This document shows positions 39,142 to 46,072 of a DNA stretch of 64,000 nt, piece after piece. Below the pieces are notes generated by a model that searched no databases, was not told the origin of the DNA, and saw nothing but the letters and a program-made list of their open reading frames with translations. Source of the DNA: Propionibacteriaceae bacterium (GTDB lineage Bacteria; Actinomycetota; Actinomycetes; Propionibacteriales; Propionibacteriaceae). How positions within the stretch are numbered: position 1 is the first letter of the stretch; each line of letters begins with the position of its first letter. Position numbers and translations under genes: made by a program. The stretch is from positions 162-64,161 of the forward strand of contig JBDHZQ010000001.1 of assembly GCA_039811945.1 (NCBI GenBank), read 5' to 3'.

Positions 39142-40374
39142 TCAGTCGAACTGGACCGGTCCCCGCTCGGCCCATCGTTCGAGGCTGACGACCGCCTGTT
39201 CGACGCCGCGCTCGGCGCCCAGGCGGCGCGCGGCTCCGCGAGCCCGTTGCGCGATCGGCTCGCGGTGGGCCCTCTCGACCGCTTTGGCGACGGCCGCGAC
39301 GGTCACGTGCCGGGCGTCGAGAGGTGGCGTGGCCACGCCCTTGAGCCGCAATCGTCGCGCCCAGAACGGCTGGTCGGCGGTCATCGGCATCGGGATCGTG
39401 GGGATCCCCGCGCGCAGGGCGGAGTGTGCCGTACCCGCGCCACAGTGATGCACGGCTGCGGTCACCTGCGTGAAGAGCCAGCGATGCGGGAGATGTCCGA
39501 CGATCCGAACGGTGTCGGGCACGTCCACGCCGGTGAGATCGCCCCACCCGGCGGACAAGATCGCCCGCCGGCCGTCGAGGCCCGCCACCACGATTCGTAC
39601 CAGTCCCGGGTCGAGCCCCATCGACCCCAGGCCCACGTAGACCGGCCGTTCACCCGAAGACAGCCACGCCACGAGGTCGGCCGGCGGTTCGACGTCCTCG
39701 TCGACCAGCGGCCAATCGCCGGTCACGGTGACGTCACAGGGCCAGTCGACCGGCTTGGGCAGCAGCCAGCTCGACCATCCACAGATCGCGGGCCGGGTCC
39801 GCCACATGCGTCGGCGAGCGGGGAGTCCGATCGCGGCGCGACCAGCGTTGATGCTCGGCCGAACCGCCTGCCAGAACAGTCTTCCCGTCACCTCGAACAG
39901 CGGTTTGCGCAACGGAGCGGGTACGACGAGGTCCAACGACGGCACGAACTCACGGGTCCCGAGCATCGGCTGCAGCAGCGCAGCAACGCCGGGCACACCG
40001 TGGAGTTCGGCGGCGGACCTACCCGGAGCGAGGGCGAGGCCGCTGTACGTCACGAGGTCGGCTCCGGCTGCGGCTTCGGCAGCCACGCGATGCCACGGAG
40101 CCATCAGTTCCTCGTACAGGCGACCGACCAGTCCCATGCCTGCCGCCGTACCACCGCCTCCGCGGATGTAGCGCCCCAGCTCGTCCTCGGACATTCGCCG
40201 CTTCAAGTCCCCGTCGAGCGGGACGAACTCGATCCCGTACCGGGTGGCCGTCGCAGTCAGTGCCTGGTCGGAGACCACGACCGCCGAATGTCCCGCGGCA
40301 ACCAGGCCCCTGGCCAGGGCGAGCATCGGCCGAGTGTCTCCCTCGGTGCCGTAGGTCACCAGGGCCGCTCGCAC
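39142..40374 (-). CDS. Glycosyltransferase, GT1 MGT/UDP-glycosyltransferase-like
   Basis: 410 aa. N-terminal YGTEGDTRPMLALARGLVAAGH and C-terminal HHCGAGTAHSALRAGIPTIPMP (nucleotide-sugar motif). Confidence 0.85.
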   Translation of the reverse strand: MRAALVTYGTEGDTRPMLALARGLVAAGHSAVVVSDQALTATATRYGIEFVPLDGDLKRRMSEDELGRYIRGGGGTAAGMGLVGRLYEELMAPWHRVAAEAAAGADLVTYSGLALAPGRSAAELHGVPGVAALLQPMLGTREFVPSLDLVVPAPLRKPLFEVTGRLFWQAVRPSINAGRAAIGLPARRRMWRTRPAICGWSSWLLPKPVDWPCDVTVTGDWPLVDEDVEPPADLVAWLSSGERPVYVGLGSMGLDPGLVRIVVAGLDGRRAILSAGWGDLTGVDVPDTVRIVGHLPHRWLFTQVTAAVHHCGAGTAHSALRAGIPTIPMPMTADQPFWARRLRLKGVATPPLDARHVTVAAVAKAVERAHREPIAQRARGAARRLGAERGVEQAVVSLERWAERGPVQFD

Positions 40375-40385
40375 GCTCGACCCGC

Positions 40386-40649
40386 CTAGTCGCGATCGTC
40401 GACGAGGTCGGTCGCGCCCGCGTTGCGGGCCGCGCGCTCGGATTCCAGATGGCGGCGTGCGGCCTCGCGCCGGTCAGGGGTGTCACTGGCTGTGAGGTCA
40501 TCGAGGACGTCAGCGGGCAGCGGGCCACCGGGCAGACGCGGGCTCCGGAGAAGCGGGTCAGGCTTCACATCGGTCGCGGGCAGCTTCGGCCTGGCACCGA
40601 CCTTCGACTTCTTGGTCGGCTTCTTCTTCGGCTGCGGCACTTTCGGCAT
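40386..40649 (-). CDS. Small basic protein (87 aa), hypothetical
   Basis: The ATG at 40649 lies 29 nt after the CHAT stop; the stop lies 11 nt before the glycosyltransferase GTG. Sequence MPKVPQPKKKPTKKSKVGARPKL...RREAARRHLESERAARNAGATDLVDDRD. High GC3. In the track it appears only as the tail of the spurious 326-aa ORF 40386..41366. Confidence 0.45.
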   Translation of the reverse strand: MPKVPQPKKKPTKKSKVGARPKLPATDVKPDPLLRSPRLPGGPLPADVLDDLTASDTPDRREAARRHLESERAARNAGATDLVDDRD

Positions 40650-40678
40650 CGTCACCACGCCTGGCACAGTACGCCCGA

Positions 40679-43090
40679 TCAGCCCGCCAGCCGCCAGGTC
40701 GAGCCCATTGCCACGAAGGGACCGGCTTCGGTCGCGGTCGCTTCGGCGAGCGCGACGTCGCTGGGCCGGCCGGCGGCGAGGCTGGAGTGGTACCGGGCCA
40801 TCACCGACGCCGCCGCGTCGTCTCGGATCGGTGCGACGGCCGCCACGACACAGCGGACGCCCAAGGCCACCAGCGTGCTGGCCAGACCGAGCGACTCCCC
40901 GCCCGGGCGCACCTCTGCCGTACCCGCCTCGCACGCCGACAAGACAACGTGCCCTGCGCTGACGCCGGTGACGGGCAACTCGTGGGCGTACACGTCTCCG
41001 TCGGACATGCGCAGCGACGAGAACAACGGTGAGCTCGGCTGATGCTGACCGTGGGCGGCGACGTGGACGACTTCGGCCTCGTGGAGCGCTGCCACGAGAT
41101 CGGCAGACGAGGCGGTCGGTCCAGGCGACGACGCGGATCCGTTCCAGACCGACAGTACGGCCTGTCGCTCGGTGTCGGCGAAGTCGAGTTGAGGTCCGGT
41201 CAGCACCGCGACGTTCGCCGGACCCGCACCTTGGCGCCCGGCCCACTCGGTCAGCGATCGAGCCACGGTGACGGGAACCCCGCGCAGACTCGGCAGCATC
41301 CCCCAGGGCAGTTGGTTGACCGCGTAGCCGCCGGCGATCACCACGCCACCGGAACGGAATCTCCACGGGCGGATCAACAGGTCGTCGAGGCGACCGAGTG
41401 ACTCGGCCAGAGATCGCTCGACCACCGGCCGTAGGTCGCCCAATTCCGGGTGCGCCGCGACTCTCAGATCGGCCCGAGCCCGCCGGACGATCTCGGTGAC
41501 AGCGGCCGCCTCACCGATCCGGACGACCCGCTTGCGGCCGCCCACGACGGCGATGCCATGCAACGTCGGACCGTGGGAGAAGAACCAGACGAAGTCCCGA
41601 TCGGCGGCGGCGACCTCCCCGATCGACTCGGTGACGCCGGGCAGGATCGAGGCATCGCCCGATGCCTGGGCGTGGCCGAGTCCACGCACGGTCAGACGTC
41701 GCCGGAGGCGCCGCATCTCCTGGCGCCAGGCGGGTACGGCGGGCGAATCGGGCTCGTCGCGGACCCGTTGCCCCAACATCCGGAGCGTCTGGGTCAGGTC
41801 GGCGAGCCCCGGATCGTCGGGTGGCCTTACGATGGGCAGCGCCTGGCCGGTCGAGCGCCACCGTTCCAGGGCGGTCAGCAACGGGATCGGGCCTTGATTC
41901 AGCGCGATTCCGAGGTCGAGACGGGCCAGCCTGATCGTGAGCACGCTCCGCGCCGCGCGCGAATCCAGAGCAGCGCTGCCGGCCTGGCTGGCGCCAAGTT
42001 CCGCAGCCGCCCGCATTAGACGGGCTCGCGCCGATCGAACCTTGTTCTCGGCCAGGTCGGTCAGAACGGCGGCATGGGCATGTCGCATCCGCAACACCAA
42101 ACCGAGTTCGGAAGGCGGGTACGACTCGAGGGCCTGCCTTGCCATGGTCGGCTCGCCGATGCGCGTGTAGGCCTCGGCCGCCACGACCAGGCTGCGCGCC
42201 TGCACGTCGACGTCACCGCGCCCGGCAGCGTCCTCGGCCAGTTCGACCGCCGATCGGGAGACGCGTGCCAAGCCCCTGGACAGCATCAACTCGCAGTCGA
42301 GCACGGTGGCCTGAGCCCGTACGGCCAAGCCGTGCGCCCCCAGCCGACGCATCCGGTCCCGACTCGACCTGGCCGCTGCCAATGCCGCCGGGATGTCGTC
42401 GGCGAGCCGGAGCACCCGGGCCCGCTCCAGGTCGATCTCGGCCATGACCAACGGCTCCTGGCGAGCTCGGCACTGCGCCGCCGCTCGATCCAGAGTGTTG
42501 AGTGCCTCGTCCACGAGGCCGGCCTCGTGCAGCACCCGGCCCAAGTCGAGCAACGACGGTGCCCGTTCGACGTCGACGTCCATCTCCTGGGCCGCGGTGA
42601 TGGCAGAGATGGCTCCGGGCAGGTCACCGGTCAGATACCGAGCGAAGCCGGCGTTGTGCCGAGCCATGAACTGCTGTCGGTCGAATCCGCCGCTCTCGGC
42701 CAGCGCTGCGGCTTCGTCGAAGGACGCGGCCGCTTCGGCGGCTCGACCCAGGGCCAGCAACACGTTGCCTCGGTTGAGCTGCAGAGAACAGCGTTCGAGC
42801 AGGGTGAACCAGGCACGTTCCTGCCGGGTCAGGAGCAGTTCGGTCGAGGCCGAGGCGAGGTCGCCGCTCCGGCCGTGAACGAGGCCCGACTGCACCCGGC
42901 AGCGGGCGCGAAACTCCGGGTCCAACCCGGCCAGTTCCGTCGCGGCGTCGAGGTACGCCTCTGCCGCGCCTCGGCCCTGGCCGGACATGGCCACGTAGGC
43001 GAGCGTCAACAGGCAGGCGATCCGGACCACGTCGACGTCGCGGGTGGCGGGCTGGTCGAGAGGCGGAAGCAGGCTGAGGGCAGCCTTCAA
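40679..43090 (-). CDS. TPR-repeat CHAT-domain (caspase-like) protease
   Basis: 803 aa from the TTG at 43090. N-terminal ~500 aa of TPR-like helical repeats. C-terminal CHAT domain with the His/Cys dyad HVAAHGQHQ ... VVLSACEAG. The reading frame stays open and protein-like up to the TAG at 43196-43198, so the true start is probably upstream (see finding). Confidence 0.88.
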   Translation of the reverse strand: MKAALSLLPPLDQPATRDVDVVRIACLLTLAYVAMSGQGRGAAEAYLDAATELAGLDPEFRARCRVQSGLVHGRSGDLASASTELLLTRQERAWFTLLERCSLQLNRGNVLLALGRAAEAAASFDEAAALAESGGFDRQQFMARHNAGFARYLTGDLPGAISAITAAQEMDVDVERAPSLLDLGRVLHEAGLVDEALNTLDRAAAQCRARQEPLVMAEIDLERARVLRLADDIPAALAAARSSRDRMRRLGAHGLAVRAQATVLDCELMLSRGLARVSRSAVELAEDAAGRGDVDVQARSLVVAAEAYTRIGEPTMARQALESYPPSELGLVLRMRHAHAAVLTDLAENKVRSARARLMRAAAELGASQAGSAALDSRAARSVLTIRLARLDLGIALNQGPIPLLTALERWRSTGQALPIVRPPDDPGLADLTQTLRMLGQRVRDEPDSPAVPAWRQEMRRLRRRLTVRGLGHAQASGDASILPGVTESIGEVAAADRDFVWFFSHGPTLHGIAVVGGRKRVVRIGEAAAVTEIVRRARADLRVAAHPELGDLRPVVERSLAESLGRLDDLLIRPWRFRSGGVVIAGGYAVNQLPWGMLPSLRGVPVTVARSLTEWAGRQGAGPANVAVLTGPQLDFADTERQAVLSVWNGSASSPGPTASSADLVAALHEAEVVHVAAHGQHQPSSPLFSSLRMSDGDVYAHELPVTGVSAGHVVLSACEAGTAEVRPGGESLGLASTLVALGVRCVVAAVAPIRDDAAASVMARYHSSLAAGRPSDVALAEATATEAGPFVAMGSTWRLAG

Positions 43091-43195
43091 CGACCGGGCG
43101 GCCCGAGCGGGTCGACCGGCCGAGACCTCGGCCAGGCCCCGTTGCCGGAGCGCCTTGGCTTGTTCGAGGACGGGTTCGACGATGCTTCCCTCCAG

Positions 43196-43645
43196 CTACA
43201 GGTCGACGGCCGGCGTGATCACCGGCCGGTGGTCGTTCCTCCTCACCACGAAATGGGTACGGCCACGTGGCACGTCCGCGACGGCGAACCGGCCACCGTC
43301 GTCAGCAACGGCGTTCAACGTGGCACCTTCGGCCACGATCTCGATTTCCGCCCCCGGGGCCGTGACCCACCCGTCGACGCGAACCTTCCGGTGTTGCGGC
43401 ACCGTGGTCACCAGCAGGCGAAGTGACCCGCACGTGAACGTGATCGAGTCGGTCTCGTCCTCGCCTCGCACACCGGCCAGCGAGTTCCTCGTCAACTCGG
43501 CGACCTCCGCTTCGAGCGCTTGCACGGAGAGCGCGAACGTGACCCGGTCGACCAGCCCGGTCGGCATCGGGTCGAGGCGGGAGTACATGCGCTGGAGCTG
43601 GGTGAGGATCGTCGCGTCGACGTCGTCTAACAGATCGTCGTACAT
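43196..43645 (-). CDS. Hypothetical 149-aa protein (candidate anti-sigma / adaptor)
   Basis: Acidic helical N-terminus (MYDDLLDDVDATILTQLQRMY) plus a C-terminal beta-rich segment resembling a carboxypeptidase-regulatory-like fold (DDGGRFAVADVPRGRTHFVV). No TM segment. Starts 3 nt after the sigma-factor stop, with GGGAGGA inside the sigma 3' end. Confidence 0.7.
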   Translation of the reverse strand: MYDDLLDDVDATILTQLQRMYSRLDPMPTGLVDRVTFALSVQALEAEVAELTRNSLAGVRGEDETDSITFTCGSLRLLVTTVPQHRKVRVDGWVTAPGAEIEIVAEGATLNAVADDGGRFAVADVPRGRTHFVVRRNDHRPVITPAVDL

Positions 43646-43648
43646 GGG

Positions 43649-44221
43649 TCAGTCCTCCCAACGTGGGTCGGCGGCCAGCGCGGCCCTGAGCTTGGCCAGG
43701 CAACGGCCCCGAGTCGGCCCGATACTGCCCACGGGCATGCCCAGGCTCTCGGCGATGGCGGCGTAGTCGGGGGTGGGGGAGAAGGCGATCACGCGGAGCA
43801 GGGCCTGGCAGCGTTCCGACAGCGTCGCAACGTGGCGCCAGAGCACCAGTTGACTCTCGGCCAGGACGGCGTCGTCTTCGGGAGTTTCGGTGCTGACCGG
43901 TTCGGGCAGCCCGGAGTCGGGTTCGGCTTCGCGACCGTTGAGGCGGAGCAGCCTCCAGGTCTCGCGCTTGACGGTGACGACCAGCCAACTCGTCACGGCT
44001 CGGGGCTCGGTGATCGCATCGGCAGCGTCGACGAGCCGGAGCCAGGCCGTCTGGATGGCGTCCTCGGCGACGGAGGTGGTCGCGTGTTGAGACCGTGCCG
44101 TGTGCCACAACAGGGGCGAGAGCATCTCGACGAGGTCACCGAGCCGGGACCGATCCCCCTCCCGATAGTCGGAGAAGGCGGCTGCTGCTCGGGCGCCGAG
44201 CGTCTCGGTCGCCGTACTCAT
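43649..44221 (-). CDS. ECF-type RNA polymerase sigma-70 family factor
   Basis: 190 aa. Region 2 (AEDAIQTAWLRLV, VVTVKRETWR) and region 4 HTH (YAAIAESLGMPVGSIGPTRGRCLAKLR). An ATGA overlap couples it to the S8 protease gene. Confidence 0.88.
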   Translation of the reverse strand: MSTATETLGARAAAAFSDYREGDRSRLGDLVEMLSPLLWHTARSQHATTSVAEDAIQTAWLRLVDAADAITEPRAVTSWLVVTVKRETWRLLRLNGREAEPDSGLPEPVSTETPEDDAVLAESQLVLWRHVATLSERCQALLRVIAFSPTPDYAAIAESLGMPVGSIGPTRGRCLAKLRAALAADPRWED

Positions 44222-45750
44222 GCCACCGGGCGCGCCAGCGCCCCCCCGAGTACGGCGTCGATCGCCTGCCAGCCCCGGTCGACCAAGCCGTCGGCCGTGA
44301 TGTCGTCGGTCCCGATGTCGATGAGCGCCTGGGCGAGTTCGCCGGCGAGCACCGGGGCGGCGAACGACGTACCCGACCAGACCCCGAACCCGCCGGAGAA
44401 GTCGTCCCGGTCGATCGTCGCTCGGGGCCGGGTGTCGGGGCTGACATCGGCCGCTTCCAGGGTCGGCTGAGCTGCCGCGTTCTGCTGGTCAGGCAGAGTG
44501 GAGACGACCGCTCCGCCCGTGCGATAGGTGGTGACCCAGGTGCCGGCGTTGGAGAACAGGCAGACGGTCGCGTTGTTGGGGTTGAGGGCGCCGACGCTGA
44601 CCAGGGGCAATGCCGTACGCCGCAAACCCGTCACTTGACCTGCCAAACCGGCGGGCAGCATGGGGCGGGTCGTCGCGTCGTTACCGGCTCCGGCGACGAC
44701 CAGCACGCCTGCCTCCCCGAGGTCGCGCATGACCTGCGCGACGGTCGTATCGGTCAGTTGGTCGTCGGGCTTCTCGTGGTAGTAGCCCAGCGAGAGCGAC
44801 AGGACGTCGATGATGCCCGCCGGGTCCCGGGCCGCGATCGCCGCCCGCTGCTGGGTGAGCAGTTGGTCGAGGAGTCCCAGCAGTTCGCTTTCCAGCAGGT
44901 AGCCGTCCGACCGTACGACCGAATGCGCCACCAAGCGGGCTGCCGGGCACTTCTGCCTGACGATCCCGGCGATGAACGTGCCGTGGCCCGCGATCCGATC
45001 GAGAGAACCGAGCAGAGGATCACTGACACCTGGTTCGTCGTCGGAGATCGGAGAGCCGGTGACGACGACCGAGCCGGGCACGGCTGCGATCATCCGCGCG
45101 TCACCGTCGGCTCGGGGGAACCAGGGATGACGACCGATGCCGGTGTCGGGCATGACGACCACGGGGGGCCTCGCGGGCACCGTCGCGGTCAGCGCTGGAT
45201 CGGCCATGACGACGCTGACGGGCATCTTGCCGCCCGATCCCGGGCGCGCGAACTCCGACGCCCCGGCCCCGATCGAATCCCAATAGGGAATGGAATCCCA
45301 ATAGGGGATCGAATCCCAGTACGGGATCGAGTCCCAGTACGGGATCGGCGCCACGATGTGGTCCAGCTCGAGGGACTCGGCGACCTCGGGGGATGCCGCG
45401 GCGATGTGCTGCAAGGCGACCCAGGCATCGGGCGGCGAGGTCAGCGTGTCGCCGATCGGCGCCAGGTCGAGCGGGGTCACCCGGCTCGTGGTCGGCTGCG
45501 GCGCGACCGCGTCGAACTCGCGCTGGGCCGTCCGTTCTTCGGGGGGCGTTGGGCTGGCACGCCAGCCGAGTTTGGCGAGGGCGTCAGTCGCCTCGGCGGG
45601 CAGAACTCGAGGCGGCCCGATCTCAGCCCCGTCGGTCGGGGCCGGCGCGGCATGGCGCCAGAGCAGTCTGTTTGCGACGTATGCGGCGCGTCGCGGCGCA
45701 ACCGATCCACGGACCACAGCCGTCGCAGGATCGAGCACCCTGATGTCCAT
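44218..45750 (-). CDS. S8 family (subtilisin-like) serine peptidase, no signal peptide
   Basis: Catalytic triad motifs VMPDTGIG (Asp), GHGTFIAGIV (His) and GTSFAAPVLAG (Ser). The ATG at 45750 (MDIRVLDP) sits 5 nt after GGGAGGG; the track start at 45831 is probably too long. The N-terminal ~200 aa have unknown function and contain (IPYWDS)x4. Confidence 0.88.
   Translation of the reverse strand: MDIRVLDPATAVVRGSVAPRRAAYVANRLLWRHAAPAPTDGAEIGPPRVLPAEATDALAKLGWRASPTPPEERTAQREFDAVAPQPTTSRVTPLDLAPIGDTLTSPPDAWVALQHIAAASPEVAESLELDHIVAPIPYWDSIPYWDSIPYWDSIPYWDSIGAGASEFARPGSGGKMPVSVVMADPALTATVPARPPVVVMPDTGIGRHPWFPRADGDARMIAAVPGSVVVTGSPISDDEPGVSDPLLGSLDRIAGHGTFIAGIVRQKCPAARLVAHSVVRSDGYLLESELLGLLDQLLTQQRAAIAARDPAGIIDVLSLSLGYYHEKPDDQLTDTTVAQVMRDLGEAGVLVVAGAGNDATTRPMLPAGLAGQVTGLRRTALPLVSVGALNPNNATVCLFSNAGTWVTTYRTGGAVVSTLPDQQNAAAQPTLEAADVSPDTRPRATIDRDDFSGGFGVWSGTSFAAPVLAGELAQALIDIGTDDITADGLVDRGWQAIDAVLGGALARPVA
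45271..45342 (-). repeat. 4 x 18-bp in-frame tandem repeat encoding (IPYWDS)4 inside the S8 peptidase gene
   Basis: Plus strand reads gatcgaatcccaataggg / aatggaatcccaataggg / gatcgaatcccagtacgg / gatcgagtcccagtacgg. Two of the units use the rare codons ATT and TAT. Confidence 0.95.
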
Positions 45751-46072
45751 GCGACCCTCCCGTCGGCGCCGCCAGCCTAGGAAACGACCGACTTCCCTGA
45801 CTAGAGCCGCCAAGCAGAGGTTCTGATACATCCGTGCATCGATTGGCGTTGTTCTCTCACCCGTTGGACGGAATCGACCTCAGGCGGCTTTGAAAGTACG
45901 GTTCACCCCATGCGTTCAGCCACCGCCCTCGTGACCCGTCGTCACGTGGATTTCCAGCGCGTGCTGAGCCACTTGTGTCGCGTTCTCTGACGCGCCCCCT
46001 ATCCAGCCGGGCGTCACCGCCGGGCAGTTCTTTGCCTCGGCGCTGCGCCGATCCAGCCCAGAGGACACACCA

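Noticed and set aside
40386-41366. 326-aa minus-strand ORF overlapping the CHAT gene
   Set aside because: Most of it is an alternative frame of the CHAT C-terminus, with Arg-rich junk sequence. Only the final 87 codons, which lie outside CHAT, are plausible; they are reported separately.
45271-45342. Possible CRISPR-like or minisatellite array
   Set aside because: There are only four contiguous 18-bp units with no spacers, in frame inside the S8 peptidase gene. This is a coding tandem repeat, not a CRISPR array. No cas genes lie anywhere in the window.
45832-46072. ~240-nt leader upstream of sirA as a possible SAM or sulfur riboswitch
   Set aside because: I could not recognise the conserved cores of the SAM-I, SAM-II or SAM-IV classes. 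The apparent hairpin around 46000-46025 has imperfect complementarity when checked base by base. A covariance-model scan (Rfam) would be needed, so no call is made.
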